Positions 16,583 through 28,838 are shown, counted from the first letter of the stretch. The stretch: 64,000 nucleotides of DNA from Escherichia coli (GCF_011045215.1 NZ_CP049201.1); one strand, 5' to 3'. Made by a program: numbers and translations. Notes: a model not told the origin generated them from the letters alone.

Positions 16583-18806
16583 TTTCGGACTCCAGTTGCG
16601 CAACCTGTTCTGTGTTTAAACCTGCTTTGAGTAATAGTGATTGCATCGAAACTTGTAATTCGCGTTGAATTGTCAGGACGCGATCCAACGTTTCCTGGCT
16701 GATAACGCCTTCGGTGACCAAAAACTTGCCGAGCGGCAGAGAACTGCGTTCATGGCGCAATAACAACACGTTAATTGCTGAACGATTAATATGACCGAGC
16801 GTGGTCAGTATTTCGGCGAACAGGAACTGATGCGGCACATATTGCCGCCAGATTTCACCGGCCTGCTGTTCCGTGAGCCACTGATGCTGAACCGCATTGT
16901 ACAACATTGCCCGCGGATCGTGACCGCGTCGGCGTGCATACCAGTGACGTAACCCCGTGACAATTTGTCCCCGCAGAACAATGACGTAACGCACTTTGCG
17001 TCCGACTTTACGCGTCAGGGCCGCCAGCGAAACCGGGTCAATACCATCTTCACTGCCGACAATTAACTCATCATTTTCCAGACGCAGCGGCAGTACCGCA
17101 TAATGCAGCGCCACGGAGGCCGGCATTTCGGCAATCAGCGAGGAAGGGATCTGCCAGGCATCGATGGATTCCCACGCCACGCCGTTTTGCTCTGCCAGCG
17201 CCTGTGCCAGCTGCTCGGCGCTAATCAGCCCCTGCATCAGCATTGAACCGCCCAGGCGTAGACCTTCGACGCGATTACGCAGTGCTGTATCGAGTTGTTC
17301 TTCAGTGATGACCTGATTTTCCAGCAGAATTTGGCCTAACGGGCGCAACGAGCGGGTATCGCCAGTCACGCTGGGGAAGTCATGCGTTGTTTTATCCCAC
17401 GCGACGCGACGTGGATCGCCGTGTTGGAGTACCTGTTTTAGCGCGCGCCAGTTGGCCATGAAGTTAATCAGGTTGCCCCAGAAAAGACGCAGGACGGAAA
17501 GCAGCCCCTGCGTCAGGCCGTAGTAGCCAGTAACGAAAATCACCCGCTGCACGATGCGGTTAACCATCAAACCAAAGTTTAGCCACAGCAGGGTCATTAA
17601 CCATGCGCTGCCGCTGAAAATAGAAAGGAAATGCCAGGCATCGGGCCACAAACTTTCATACGCCAGCAACAGCAAAAGCTGGATCATCACCAGCATCGCG
17701 AGGAAGCTGACAAAGTTACTGATTGCCCCTTTGCGGTCGCGCCAGAGAAAGTAGTTCAGCGTCAGGCTGGAGGTCCATTTATGGGTTTTAAAGCCCTGGA
17801 AAACAATGCCGATGATCCAGCGGGATTTTTGTCGAACCGCAGTCGAAAAGGTATCGGGGAAATATTCGCGCACGCAGATCATGTTTGATGTCCGTGCGTG
17901 CTGTAAAAATTTACGCTGTTCGCGTTCTTTGGCTTCGTCCACCACCGGAAAACGGACAAAAATTTCCGTCATACCTTTTTCTTTCAGGCGGAAGCCAATG
18001 TCGTAATCTTCAGTAAGACTCTGCACGTCGAAAGCAATACCGTCACCGTCAGCTAACAGTGCGGTCACGGCGCGGCGGCTGAAACAGGTGCCGACGCCTG
18101 CGCTGGGCACTTGTCCGGCGAGGGCTTCACGCACCGGAACATCTTTGCCATGCAGCTCTGAAAACTCATCAATGTAAGTCATGCTGGTGAAGTGCGTCCA
18201 TTCGCGTTCAAACGGATACACTGGGATCTGAATCAGATCTTTACGCTCGACCAGATAGTTGAACAGACGCAATTCCATCGGTGAAATCACATCTTCGGCG
18301 TCATGCAGAATAAAACCAGCAAAAGCGAAATTGGCGCTACGCTCAAACTGGGTGATGGCGTCCAGCACGTTGTTCAGACAGTCGGCTTTGCTGGTGGGGC
18401 CAGGACGCGCGCAGACTACCTTATGCACATTCGGGAAGCGAGCGCACACTTCGTCAACATCACGCTGAGTATCGGGGTCGTTGGGGTAGGTGCCAACAAA
18501 GATATGATAGTTTTCGTAGTCGAGCGTGGTCGCCGCCAGCTCGGCCATATTGCCGATGACGCCCGTTTCATTCCACGCCGGAACCATAATCGCTAACGGT
18601 TTTTCATCTGGTTTATACAGTTCGCGGTAACTCATTCGCGGGTAGCGGCGATAAACACTCAACTTGCGTTTAATGCGGCGTACCCAGTAGACGACATCAA
18701 TAAAAAAATCGTCCAGCCCGCTGATGAACATGATGACCGCTAACGTTATCGCGATTACTTTTAAGCCATAGAGCCAGGTAGCAAAAACATCAAGAAGCCA
18801 GTCCAC
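16569..18806 (-). CDS. nfrB: Bacteriophage N4 adsorption protein B (inner-membrane family-2 glycosyltransferase)
   Basis: 745-aa product MDWLLDVFATWLYGLKVIAITLAVIMFISGLDDFFIDVVYWVRR...; overlaps the nfrA start. Confidence 0.9.
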   Translation of the reverse strand: MDWLLDVFATWLYGLKVIAITLAVIMFISGLDDFFIDVVYWVRRIKRKLSVYRRYPRMSYRELYKPDEKPLAIMVPAWNETGVIGNMAELAATTLDYENYHIFVGTYPNDPDTQRDVDEVCARFPNVHKVVCARPGPTSKADCLNNVLDAITQFERSANFAFAGFILHDAEDVISPMELRLFNYLVERKDLIQIPVYPFEREWTHFTSMTYIDEFSELHGKDVPVREALAGQVPSAGVGTCFSRRAVTALLADGDGIAFDVQSLTEDYDIGFRLKEKGMTEIFVRFPVVDEAKEREQRKFLQHARTSNMICVREYFPDTFSTAVRQKSRWIIGIVFQGFKTHKWTSSLTLNYFLWRDRKGAISNFVSFLAMLVMIQLLLLLAYESLWPDAWHFLSIFSGSAWLMTLLWLNFGLMVNRIVQRVIFVTGYYGLTQGLLSVLRLFWGNLINFMANWRALKQVLQHGDPRRVAWDKTTHDFPSVTGDTRSLRPLGQILLENQVITEEQLDTALRNRVEGLRLGGSMLMQGLISAEQLAQALAEQNGVAWESIDAWQIPSSLIAEMPASVALHYAVLPLRLENDELIVGSEDGIDPVSLAALTRKVGRKVRYVIVLRGQIVTGLRHWYARRRGHDPRAMLYNAVQHQWLTEQQAGEIWRQYVPHQFLFAEILTTLGHINRSAINVLLLRHERSSLPLGKFLVTEGVISQETLDRVLTIQRELQVSMQSLLLKAGLNTEQVAQLESENEGE

Positions 18807-18955
18807 ACAAAAACCTTACATTAACGCTGGTTATGTTTAGGGTGGCGTATATTAAGGTTTTTTATGAATTGTGACAGCTTTTTACCATTAATAGGTATGA
18901 CTATTGCGGCACGTTATTTTTACACTGGTTATAAAAGTTGCCGTTTGCTGAAGGA

Positions 18956-20398
18956 TTAAGCGGGTAATGTGATAACAAATCTTGTTCCCCGCGCATCTGA
19001 CGTTACTGCAACCGTGCCTTTATGTGCGACAACAATCGATTTCACTATCGCCAGCCCAATGCCGCTACCTTCGCCTTTTCGTTGGCGGGAGGGGTCAACG
19101 CGGTAGAAACGGTCAAACAATCGCGGTAAGTGCTCGGGCGCAATGGGCGTACCGGGGTTTTCGACGATAACTTGCACCAGATGATCGACCGTCTGGCAGC
19201 GCACTACAATAGCCTCTCCGGGTGGCGTATAACGCAGGGCGTTCGAAAGCAGGTTGCTTAACGCCCGACGCAGCATCAGCGGATCGCCCGCAACCTGGCA
19301 CTCGTCGCCAACAAACTGCAGCTCCACGCCGCGATCTTCCGCTAAAGCCTCGAAAAAATCGAACACTTTGCCGACTTCATCCGCCAGGTTGAGCATTTTC
19401 TTTTCGGGGATTAACTGGTTGTTATCGGCCTGGGCGAGAAACAGCATATCGCTGACCATTTTCGCCATTCGCGTCAGCTCTTCGAGATTAGAGTAGAGCA
19501 CATCTTCCAGCTCCTTCTGGCTGCGCGACTGGCTGAGGGCGATTTCCGTTTGCGTTATGAGATTAGTAATTGGTGTGCGAATTTCGTGGGCGATATCCGC
19601 TGAGAAATTGGACTGGCGGGTAAAGACATCCTCAATACGCTCGATCATATGGTTGAACGACAGTACCAGCTGTTCCAGCTCAATCGGCACGGTCTGCGGG
19701 TCAAGGCGGACGTCGAGATCTTTCGAGGTGATATTCTGGATTTGACGGCTGACGCTGCGGATCGGCGCGTGACCTTTATGAACCGCCAATAGCACGATAA
19801 AGACGATCAGGATGCTGATGACCGATGCGGTCATAATAAGTTTATTCATCAAATCATTTATGTAATGAAGATGAAAATCGATCGAAAGCGCGATGTAGAG
19901 CGTATAAATCGGTTTGCCGTCAACCAGTGAGCCAACTGGCAAACTGATCATCCGCCAGTTGCTGTGTTCCATATGCCCGTGACCGTGGCCTGGCATCATC
20001 ATCGTCGGGCCGGAGAGGAGAAACACCTCGCCGCCCCGCGCGTCTTTATCGGGTATGGCATCGCGCGCAAACTCGCGGATATCAGGCGCACCGGGGGAGT
20101 GATACACCGTTTTACCGTGGCTATCTGCCAGGGAAATCAACACATTGGAATAACCACTGACGATATCTTCCAGCGTCATTAAGCGTCGGGCTTGCGTTTC
20201 GTCAGGGTGATTTAGTACGCGTTCAAGGGTGGCACTAATCTCTTTTAAATCATTAATATCCTGCTCGGCAAAATGCACTTTTACTGAGTGGATCATGATC
20301 CATGCAAAGGCGAAAAACGCCGCGATGGTGGCCAGGCTGATAAAAAAGGTCAGGCGGGTTGCCAGCGAAAACGGGCGCTGAAATGGCTTACTGACCAT
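18956..20398 (-). CDS. cusS: Copper/silver-sensing histidine kinase CusS
   Basis: 480-aa product from [28 protein letters not shown]...; HAMP, HisKA (H-box [10 protein letters not shown]) and HATPase domains; overlaps cusR. Confidence 0.9.
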
Positions 20399-21071
20399 CC
20401 GGCACCTCAAGCATGTAACCCACGCCGCGCACGGTTTGAATCAGCTTCGGCTCAAAGTCGTTGTCGATTTTGCCGCGTAGCCGCTTCACCGCCACATCAA
20501 TGGCGTTAGTGTCGCTGTCAAAATTCATGTCCCATACCTGCGAGGCGATAAGCGAGCGGGGCAGCACTTCGCCCTGATGGCGGAGAAAAAACTCCAGCAG
20601 AGTAAACTCTTTACTGGTCAGAGTGATGCGCGTGCCGCTGCGGGTGACTTTGCGGCTGACGAGATCGACCATCAAATCGGCAACCTGAAACTGACTTTCG
20701 ATAATCACCGCCGCCCCGCGCCGCAGGAGAGTGCGCACCCGCGCCAGCAGTTCAGCAAACGCGAACGGCTTCACCAGATAGTCATCGGCCCCCAACTCCA
20801 GCCCCTTGACGCGATGTTCAATGGTGCCAAGCGCGGTAAGCAACAGAATCGGCATCCCTTTATTGGCGGAGCGCAACATGCGCACGATATCCCAGCCGTT
20901 CACGTCCGGCAGCATAATATCGAGGATTATCAGGTCATAATCTCCGGTCATCGCCAGATGGTAGCCATTCAGCCCGTTGTCGGCCAAATCGACCACAAAA
21001 CCGGCTTCGGTTAACCCTTTGGTCAAGTATTCTCCGGTTTTCTTTTCATCTTCGACAATCAACAGTTTCAT
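20388..21071 (-). CDS. cusR: OmpR-family response regulator CusR
   Basis: 227-aa product [67 protein letters not shown]... Confidence 0.95.
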
Positions 21072-21136
21072 ATTTCCTCCGCATGTTGCCCGGGCAATTC
21101 TAGAGTAGCGGGATCAGATGGCAATCGCTTATTGGC

Positions 21137-21158
21137 AAAATGACAATTTTGTCATTTT
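21137..21158. promoter_or_regulatory. CusR box: perfect palindrome AAAATGACAATTTTGTCATTTT in the divergent cusR/cusC promoter region
   Basis: Palindrome read directly in the sequence; matches the described CusR-binding motif between cusR and cusC. Confidence 0.8.
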
Positions 21159-21227
21159 CCTGTCACCGGAAAATCAGAGCCTGGCGAGTAAAGTTGGCGG
21201 TATAAAATCACCAGAAATTATGAGCCT

Positions 21228-22610
21228 ATGTCTCCTTGTAAACTTCTGCCATTTTGTGTGGCCCTTGCGCTAACCGGTTGTTCACTGGCACCGGATTATC
21301 AGCGCCCGGCAATGCCCGTACCGCAGCAGTTCTCACTCAGCCAGAACGGCCTGGTTAACGCAGCAGATAACTATCAGAACGCGGGCTGGCGCACCTTTTT
21401 TGTTGATAATCAGGTGAAGACGCTGATTAGCGAGGCGCTGGAGAATAACCGGGATTTGCGCATGGCGACGCTGAAAGTGCAGGAGGCACGGGCGCAATAT
21501 CGTCTGACTGATGCCGACCGCTACCCACAGCTCAATGGTGAGGGCAGCGGCAGCTGGAGCGGCAATCTTAAAGGCGATTCAGCCACGACGCGGGAGTTTT
21601 CTACTGGCCTTAACGCCAGCTTTGACCTCGATTTTTTCGGGCGCTTAAAGAACATGAGCGAAGCCGAGCGACAAAATTATTTAGCCACTGAGGAAGCTCA
21701 GCGCGCGGTGCATATTCTGCTGGTTTCTAATGTCGCGCAAAGCTATTTCAATCAGCAGCTGGCGTATGCGCAATTGCAAATAGCCGAAGAAACGCTGCGT
21801 AATTATCAGCAGTCATATGCGTTTGTCGAAAAACAACTGTTGACAGGTAGCAGTAATGTTCTGGCGCTGGAACAGGCTCGCGGGGTGATTGAAAGTACCC
21901 GCAGCGACATCGCTAAACGTCAGGGGGAACTGGCGCAGGCGAATAATGCATTGCAACTGTTACTGGGAAGCTACGGCAAGCTGCCGCAAGCGCAGACAGT
22001 AAACAGCGACAGCCTGCAAAGCGTTAAATTACCGGCGGGCTTGTCGTCGCAAATCTTATTGCAGCGCCCGGATATTATGGAAGCTGAACACGCGTTAATG
22101 GCGGCTAATGCCAATATTGGTGCTGCACGTGCAGCATTTTTCCCGTCTATCAGCCTGACCAGCGGAATATCAACCGCCAGCAGCGATCTGTCGTCATTAT
22201 TTAACGCCAGCAGCGGGATGTGGAATTTTATTCCTAAAATTGAGATCCCCATTTTTAATGCCGGACGCAACCAGGCCAATCTGGATATCGCCGAAATTCG
22301 CCAGCAGCAGTCGGTGGTGAATTATGAACAGAAAATCCAGAACGCCTTTAAAGAAGTGGCAGATGCGCTGGCATTACGTCAAAGCCTGAACGATCAAATT
22401 AGCGCCCAGCAGCGTTATCTGGCGTCGCTGCAAATTACTTTGCAACGGGCGCGGGCATTATATCAGCACGGCGCGGTAAGTTATCTGGAAGTGCTGGATG
22501 CCGAGCGTTCTTTATTTGCAACCCGACAAACCTTACTTGACCTGAATTATGCCCGTCAGGTCAACGAAATTTCTTTATATACCGCACTTGGTGGCGGTTG
22601 GCAGCAATAA
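21228..22610 (+). CDS. cusC: Outer-membrane efflux channel CusC (TolC-like lipoprotein)
   Basis: Product MSPCKLLPFCVALALTGCSLAPDYQRP... with lipobox LTGC. Confidence 0.9.
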   Translation: MSPCKLLPFCVALALTGCSLAPDYQRPAMPVPQQFSLSQNGLVNAADNYQNAGWRTFFVDNQVKTLISEALENNRDLRMATLKVQEARAQYRLTDADRYPQLNGEGSGSWSGNLKGDSATTREFSTGLNASFDLDFFGRLKNMSEAERQNYLATEEAQRAVHILLVSNVAQSYFNQQLAYAQLQIAEETLRNYQQSYAFVEKQLLTGSSNVLALEQARGVIESTRSDIAKRQGELAQANNALQLLLGSYGKLPQAQTVNSDSLQSVKLPAGLSSQILLQRPDIMEAEHALMAANANIGAARAAFFPSISLTSGISTASSDLSSLFNASSGMWNFIPKIEIPIFNAGRNQANLDIAEIRQQQSVVNYEQKIQNAFKEVADALALRQSLNDQISAQQRYLASLQITLQRARALYQHGAVSYLEVLDAERSLFATRQTLLDLNYARQVNEISLYTALGGGWQQ

Positions 22611-22633
22611 TTTTTAACTCCAGGAGAGAATAA

Positions 22634-22966
22634 ATGAAAAAAGCACTGCAAGTCGCAATGTTCAGTCTGTTTACCGTTATTGGCTTTAATGCCCAGGCTA
22701 ACGAACATCATCATGAAACCATGAGCGAAGCACAACCACAGGTCATTAGTGCTACCGGCGTGGTAAAAGGTGTTGATCTGGAAAGCAAAAAAATCACCAT
22801 CCATCACGATCCGATTGCTGCCGTGAACTGGCCGGAGATGACCATGCGCTTTACCATCACTCCGCAGACGAAAATGAGTGAAATTAAAACTGGCGACAAA
22901 GTGGCGTTTAATTTTGTCCAGCAGGGCAACCTTTCTTTATTACAGGATATTAAAGTCAGCCAGTAA
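22634..22966 (+). CDS. cusF: Periplasmic copper chaperone CusF
   Basis: 110-aa product MKKALQVAMFSLFTVIGFNAQANEHHHETMSEAQPQVISATGVVKGVDLESKKITIHHDPIAAVNWPEMTMRF... Confidence 0.95.
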   Translation: MKKALQVAMFSLFTVIGFNAQANEHHHETMSEAQPQVISATGVVKGVDLESKKITIHHDPIAAVNWPEMTMRFTITPQTKMSEIKTGDKVAFNFVQQGNLSLLQDIKVSQ

Positions 22967-22981
22967 CCCAGGTTTAATGAG

Positions 22982-24205
22982 ATGAAAAAAATCGCGCTTA
23001 TTATCGGCAGCATGATCGCGGGCGGTATTATTTCTGCGGCAGGTTTTACCTGGTTTGCAAAGGCTGAACCACCCGCAGAAAAAACGTCGACCGCAGAACG
23101 TAAAATCTTATTCTGGTACGACCCGATGTATCCCAATACGCGGTTCGATAAACCAGGTAAATCGCCGTTTATGGATATGGATCTGGTGCCGAAATATGCC
23201 GATGAAGAGAGTTCTGCGTCTGGTGTGCGCATTGACCCGACTCAGACGCAGAATCTGGGGGTGAAAACGGCTACCGTCACGCGCGGGCCGCTGACTTTTG
23301 CCCAGAGTTTCCCGGCGAATGTCAGTTACAACGAGTATCAGTATGCCATTGTGCAGGCTCGCGCCGCCGGGTTTATCGACAAGGTGTATCCGCTTACCGT
23401 GGGCGATAAAGTGCAAAAGGGCACACCGCTTCTCGACCTGACCATTCCCGACTGGGTGGAAGCGCAGAGTGAGTATTTACTGCTGCGCGAAACCGGCGGT
23501 ACGGCGACCCAGACTGAAGGCATTCTTGAGCGGCTGCGACTGGCGGGAATGCCGGAGGCGGATATTCGCCGCCTGATCGCCACGCAAAAAATCCAGACTC
23601 GCTTTACGCTCAAAGCACCCATTGATGGCGTGATCACCGCGTTTGATCTGCGCGCGGGAATGAATATCGCCAAAGATAACGTGGTAGCGAAAATTCAGGG
23701 TATGGACCCGGTGTGGGTCACTGCTGCGATCCCGGAGTCCATCGCCTGGCTGGTGAAAGATGCCTCGCAGTTTACGCTCACCGTTCCGGCGCGACCTGAT
23801 AAAACACTCACCATCCGCAAATGGACGCTACTACCTGGCGTGGATGCCGCGACCCGCACGCTGCAGCTGCGTCTGGAAGTCGACAACGCCGACGAGGCGC
23901 TAAAACCGGGAATGAACGCCTGGTTGCAACTCAATACCGCCAGCGAACCGATGCTGCTCATTCCGTCACAAGCGCTGATTGATACCGGCAACGAACAGCG
24001 GGTGATTACCGTTGATGCCGACGGGCGCTTTGTACCGAAACGCGTTGCCGTTTTCCAGGCATCGCAAGGTGTCACCGCGTTACGCTCTGGTCTGGCGGAA
24101 GGTGAAAAGGTGGTTTCCAGCGGCCTGTTCCTGATTGATTCCGAAGCCAATATTTCTGGCGCACTGGAGCGGATGCGCTCTGAAACTGCTACCCATGCGC
24201 ATTGA
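22982..24205 (+). CDS. cusB: Membrane-fusion adaptor CusB
   Basis: 407-aa product MKKIALIIGSMIAGGIISAAGFTWFAKAEPPAEKTST... Confidence 0.95.
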   Translation: MKKIALIIGSMIAGGIISAAGFTWFAKAEPPAEKTSTAERKILFWYDPMYPNTRFDKPGKSPFMDMDLVPKYADEESSASGVRIDPTQTQNLGVKTATVTRGPLTFAQSFPANVSYNEYQYAIVQARAAGFIDKVYPLTVGDKVQKGTPLLDLTIPDWVEAQSEYLLLRETGGTATQTEGILERLRLAGMPEADIRRLIATQKIQTRFTLKAPIDGVITAFDLRAGMNIAKDNVVAKIQGMDPVWVTAAIPESIAWLVKDASQFTLTVPARPDKTLTIRKWTLLPGVDAATRTLQLRLEVDNADEALKPGMNAWLQLNTASEPMLLIPSQALIDTGNEQRVITVDADGRFVPKRVAVFQASQGVTALRSGLAEGEKVVSSGLFLIDSEANISGALERMRSETATHAH

Positions 24206-24216
24206 GGGAATAACCA

Positions 24217-27200
24217 ATGATTGAATGGATTATTCGTCGCTCGGTGGCGAACCGTTTTCTGGTACTGATGGGTGCGTTGTTTCTGAGCATCTGGGGTACC
24301 TGGACCATCATTAACACGCCAGTGGATGCGCTGCCGGATCTCTCCGATGTGCAGGTGATTATTAAAACCAGCTATCCCGGGCAGGCACCGCAAATCGTTG
24401 AAAATCAGGTGACTTATCCGCTAACTACCACCATGTTGTCGGTACCTGGCGCGAAGACTGTGCGCGGTTTCTCGCAGTTTGGCGACTCTTATGTGTATGT
24501 CATTTTCGAAGATGGCACCGATCCGTACTGGGCGCGCTCGCGGGTGCTGGAGTACCTCAACCAGGTACAGGGTAAGCTGCCTGCGGGAGTCAGCGCCGAG
24601 CTGGGGCCAGATGCCACGGGTGTTGGCTGGATCTATGAATATGCACTGGTGGATCGCAGCGGTAAGCACGATCTGGCCGATTTACGCTCATTGCAGGACT
24701 GGTTTCTCAAATATGAGCTAAAAACCATCCCTGACGTTGCGGAAGTGGCGTCGGTGGGCGGCGTGGTGAAAGAGTATCAGGTGGTTATCGATCCCCAGCG
24801 CCTGGCGCAATATGGTATCAGTCTCGCCGAAGTAAAAAGCGCGCTAGATGCTTCAAACCAGGAAGCGGGCGGTTCGTCGATCGAACTGGCGGAAGCGGAA
24901 TATATGGTGCGCGCCAGCGGCTATCTGCAAACGCTCGACGACTTTAATCACATCGTTTTAAAAGCCAGTGAAAATGGCGTGCCTGTTTATCTGCGTGATG
25001 TTGCGAAGGTCCAGGTTGGCCCGGAGATGCGCCGGGGCATTGCCGAACTGAACGGCGAAGGCGAAGTTGCGGGCGGGGTGGTGATCCTGCGCTCCGGCAA
25101 AAACGCCCGAGAAGTGATCGCCGCCGTGAAGGACAAACTGGAAACGCTGAAAAGTAGTCTGCCGGAAGGCGTGGAGATAGTTACAACATACGATCGCAGC
25201 CAGCTCATTGACCGGGCCATCGACAACCTCAGCGGCAAGTTGCTGGAAGAGTTTATTGTGGTGGCGGTAGTCTGTGCGCTGTTTCTCTGGCATGTGCGCT
25301 CGGCGCTGGTGGCGATTATTTCGTTGCCGCTGGGGTTGTGTATTGCTTTTATTGTCATGCACTTCCAGGGGCTGAATGCCAATATTATGTCGTTGGGTGG
25401 CATTGCGATTGCCGTCGGGGCGATGGTCGATGCTGCTATCGTCATGATCGAGAATGCACATAAACGGCTGGAAGAGTGGCAGCACCAGCATCCTGACGCC
25501 ACGCTGGATAATAAAACGCGCTGGCAGGTGATCGCCGATGCGTCTGTTGAAGTGGGGCCGGCGCTGTTTATCAGTCTGCTGATTATCACGTTGTCGTTTA
25601 TCCCGATCTTCACCCTGGAAGGGCAGGAAGGGCGTCTGTTTGGCCCGCTGGCGTTCACTAAAACCTATGCGATGGCGGGTGCGGCGCTGCTGGCGATCGT
25701 AGTGATCCCTATCCTGATGGGTTACTGGATCCGTGGCAAAATTCCGCCAGAAAGCAGTAACCCGCTCAATCGCTTTTTGATTCGTGTTTATCATCCGCTG
25801 TTGCTGAAAGTACTGCACTGGCCGAAAACCACGCTGCTGGTGGCGGCGCTTTCGGTGCTGACGGTTCTCTGGCCGCTCAATAAAGTTGGCGGGGAATTTT
25901 TACCACAGATCAATGAAGGCGACTTGTTGTATATGCCATCGACGTTGCCGGGGATTTCCGCAGCGGAGGCGGCGAGTATGCTGCAAAAAACCGACAAGCT
26001 GATTATGAGCGTACCTGAAGTGGCGCGGGTATTTGGCAAAACCGGAAAAGCGGAAACCGCCACCGACTCTGCTCCGCTGGAGATGGTGGAAACGACCATC
26101 CAGCTTAAGCCACAGGATCAGTGGCGGCCAGGCATGACAATGGACAAAATCATTGAGGAACTGGATAACACCGTGCGTCTGCCGGGGCTGGCGAATCTGT
26201 GGGTGCCGCCAATTCGTAACCGTATCGATATGCTCTCAACCGGCATTAAAAGCCCTATCGGCATAAAAGTTTCCGGCACTGTGCTGGCGGATATCGACGC
26301 GATGGCGGAGCAAATTGAAGAGGTGGCACGAACGGTGCCAGGCGTGGCTTCTGCGCTTGCCGAGCGTCTGGAAGGTGGGCGCTATATCAACGTTGAGATT
26401 AACCGTGAAAAAGCCGCGCGTTACGGTATGACGGTGGCGGATGTGCAGTTGTTTGTGACTTCTGCGGTGGGCGGGGCGATGGTTGGCGAAACGGTGGAAG
26501 GGATTGCCCGTTATCCCATTAATCTGCGTTATCCGCAAAGCTGGCGCGATAGTCCGCAGGCACTGCGCCAGTTGCCGATCCTGACGCCGATGAAGCAGCA
26601 AATCACCCTGGCAGACGTAGCCGACGTTAAAGTCTCTACCGGACCGTCGATGCTGAAAACCGAGAATGCGCGCCCGACGAGCTGGATTTATATCGATGCC
26701 CGCGATCGTGACATGGTGTCGGTGGTTCACGATTTGCAAAAAGCGATAGCTGAAAAAGTGCAGTTAAAACCGGGCACCAGCGTGGCATTCTCCGGGCAGT
26801 TCGAGCTACTGGAGCGCGCCAACCATAAGCTGAAACTCATGGTGCCGATGACACTGATGATCATCTTCGTGCTGTTGTATCTGGCATTCCGTCGGGTGGG
26901 CGAAGCGTTGCTGATTATCAGCAGCGTACCGTTTGCGCTGGTGGGCGGCATCTGGTTGCTGTGGTGGATGGGCTTTCATCTTTCTGTGGCGACGGGCACC
27001 GGTTTTATTGCCCTTGCCGGGGTCGCCGCCGAATTTGGCGTGGTGATGCTGATGTATTTACGTCACGCCATAGAGGCCGAGCCGTCGTTGAATAATCCGC
27101 AAACATTCAGCGAGCAGAAGCTGGATGAGGCGTTGTATCACGGCGCGGTACTGCGCGTGCGCCCGAAAGCGATGACGGTGGCGGTGATTATCGCTGGTCT

Positions 27201-27360
27201 GCTGCCGATTCTGTGGGGAACAGGAGCAGGGTCAGAGGTGATGAGCCGGATTGCCGCGCCGATGATTGGCGGCATGATCACCGCGCCTTTGCTGTCGCTG
27301 TTTATTATCCCGGCGGCGTATAAGCTGATGTGGCTGCACCGACATCGGGTACGGAAATAA
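24217..27360 (+). CDS. cusA: RND heavy-metal efflux pump CusA
   Basis: 1047-aa product [71 protein letters not shown]... Confidence 0.95.
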   Translation: MIEWIIRRSVANRFLVLMGALFLSIWGTWTIINTPVDALPDLSDVQVIIKTSYPGQAPQIVENQVTYPLTTTMLSVPGAKTVRGFSQFGDSYVYVIFEDGTDPYWARSRVLEYLNQVQGKLPAGVSAELGPDATGVGWIYEYALVDRSGKHDLADLRSLQDWFLKYELKTIPDVAEVASVGGVVKEYQVVIDPQRLAQYGISLAEVKSALDASNQEAGGSSIELAEAEYMVRASGYLQTLDDFNHIVLKASENGVPVYLRDVAKVQVGPEMRRGIAELNGEGEVAGGVVILRSGKNAREVIAAVKDKLETLKSSLPEGVEIVTTYDRSQLIDRAIDNLSGKLLEEFIVVAVVCALFLWHVRSALVAIISLPLGLCIAFIVMHFQGLNANIMSLGGIAIAVGAMVDAAIVMIENAHKRLEEWQHQHPDATLDNKTRWQVIADASVEVGPALFISLLIITLSFIPIFTLEGQEGRLFGPLAFTKTYAMAGAALLAIVVIPILMGYWIRGKIPPESSNPLNRFLIRVYHPLLLKVLHWPKTTLLVAALSVLTVLWPLNKVGGEFLPQINEGDLLYMPSTLPGISAAEAASMLQKTDKLIMSVPEVARVFGKTGKAETATDSAPLEMVETTIQLKPQDQWRPGMTMDKIIEELDNTVRLPGLANLWVPPIRNRIDMLSTGIKSPIGIKVSGTVLADIDAMAEQIEEVARTVPGVASALAERLEGGRYINVEINREKAARYGMTVADVQLFVTSAVGGAMVGETVEGIARYPINLRYPQSWRDSPQALRQLPILTPMKQQITLADVADVKVSTGPSMLKTENARPTSWIYIDARDRDMVSVVHDLQKAIAEKVQLKPGTSVAFSGQFELLERANHKLKLMVPMTLMIIFVLLYLAFRRVGEALLIISSVPFALVGGIWLLWWMGFHLSVATGTGFIALAGVAAEFGVVMLMYLRHAIEAEPSLNNPQTFSEQKLDEALYHGAVLRVRPKAMTVAVIIAGLLPILWGTGAGSEVMSRIAAPMIGGMITAPLLSLFIIPAAYKLMWLHRHRVRK

Positions 27361-27461
27361 AAGCAGGATACCCCGTTTAACCGTGTGGATTGTGTCTTGC
27401 GACGATGGGCACTAAATGTTAAAAGGTGCCCCTCAACAAAAAAGACACACAGGGGAAAGGC

Positions 27462-28838
27462 GTGAAAAACGCGTCAACCGTATCGGAAGATACTGCGTCG
27501 AATCAAGAGCCGACGCTTCATCGCGGATTACATAACCGTCATATTCAACTGATTGCGCTGGGTGGCGCAATTGGTACTGGTCTGTTTCTTGGCATTGGCC
27601 CGGCGATTCAGATGGCGGGTCCGGCTGTATTGCTGGGCTACGGCGTCGCCGGGATCATCGCTTTCCTGATTATGCGCCAGCTTGGCGAAATGGTGGTTGA
27701 GGAGCCGGTATCCGGTTCATTTGCCCACTTTGCCTATAAATACTGGGGACCGTTCGCGGGCTTCCTCTCTGGCTGGAATTACTGGGTGATGTTCGTGCTG
27801 GTGGGAATGGCAGAGCTGACCGCTGCGGGCATCTATATGCAGTACTGGTTCCCGGATGTTCCAACGTGGATTTGGGCTGCCGCCTTCTTTATTATCATCA
27901 ACGCCGTTAACCTGGTGAACGTGCGCTTATATGGCGAAACCGAGTTCTGGTTTGCGCTGATTAAAGTGCTGGCAATCATCGGTATGATCGGCTTTGGCCT
28001 GTGGCTGCTGTTTTCTGGTCACGGCGGCGAGAAAGCCAGTATCGACAACCTCTGGCGCTACGGTGGTTTCTTCGCCACCGGCTGGAATGGGCTGATTTTG
28101 TCGCTGGCGGTAATTATGTTCTCCTTCGGCGGTCTGGAGCTGATTGGGATTACTGCCGCTGAAGCGCGCGATCCGGAAAAAAGCATTCCAAAAGCGGTAA
28201 ATCAGGTGGTGTATCGCATCCTGCTGTTTTACATCGGTTCACTGGTGGTTTTACTGGCACTCTATCCGTGGGTGGAAGTGAAATCCAACAGTAGCCCGTT
28301 TGTGATGATTTTCCATAATCTCGACAGCAACGTGGTAGCTTCTGCGCTGAACTTCGTCATTCTGGTAGCATCGCTGTCAGTGTATAACAGCGGGGTTTAC
28401 TCTAACAGCCGCATGCTGTTTGGCCTTTCTGTGCAGGGTAATGCGCCGAAGTTTTTGACTCGCGTCAGCCGTCGCGGTGTGCCGATTAACTCGCTGATGC
28501 TTTCCGGAGCGATCACTTCGCTGGTGGTGTTAATCAACTATCTGCTGCCGCAAAAAGCGTTTGGTCTGCTGATGGCGCTGGTGGTAGCAACGCTGCTGTT
28601 GAACTGGATTATGATCTGCCTGGCGCATCTGCGTTTTCGCGCGGCGATGCGACGTCAGGGACGTGAAACACAGTTTAAGGCGCTGCTTTATCCGTTCGGT
28701 AACTATCTTTGCATTGCCTTCCTCGGCATGATTTTGCTGCTGATGTGCACGATGGATGATATGCGCTTGTCAGCGATCCTGCTGCCGGTGTGGATTGTAT
28801 TCCTGTTTGTGGCATTTAAAACGCTGCGTCGGAAATAA
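27462..28838 (+). CDS. pheP: Phenylalanine-specific permease PheP (APC family)
   Basis: 458-aa product from a GTG start (MKNASTVSEDTASNQEPTLHRGLHNRHIQLIALGGAIGTGLFLG...); the ORF track extends 12 codons upstream. Confidence 0.9.
   Translation: MKNASTVSEDTASNQEPTLHRGLHNRHIQLIALGGAIGTGLFLGIGPAIQMAGPAVLLGYGVAGIIAFLIMRQLGEMVVEEPVSGSFAHFAYKYWGPFAGFLSGWNYWVMFVLVGMAELTAAGIYMQYWFPDVPTWIWAAAFFIIINAVNLVNVRLYGETEFWFALIKVLAIIGMIGFGLWLLFSGHGGEKASIDNLWRYGGFFATGWNGLILSLAVIMFSFGGLELIGITAAEARDPEKSIPKAVNQVVYRILLFYIGSLVVLLALYPWVEVKSNSSPFVMIFHNLDSNVVASALNFVILVASLSVYNSGVYSNSRMLFGLSVQGNAPKFLTRVSRRGVPINSLMLSGAITSLVVLINYLLPQKAFGLLMALVVATLLLNWIMICLAHLRFRAAMRRQGRETQFKALLYPFGNYLCIAFLGMILLLMCTMDDMRLSAILLPVWIVFLFVAFKTLRRK

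Noticed and set aside
24958-26739. Long minus-strand ORFs (286, 223, 167 aa) inside cusA
   Set aside because: They are antisense to a well-supported 1047-aa RND pump gene in GC-rich DNA, with Arg/His/Gln-rich low-complexity translations typical of spurious shadow ORFs.
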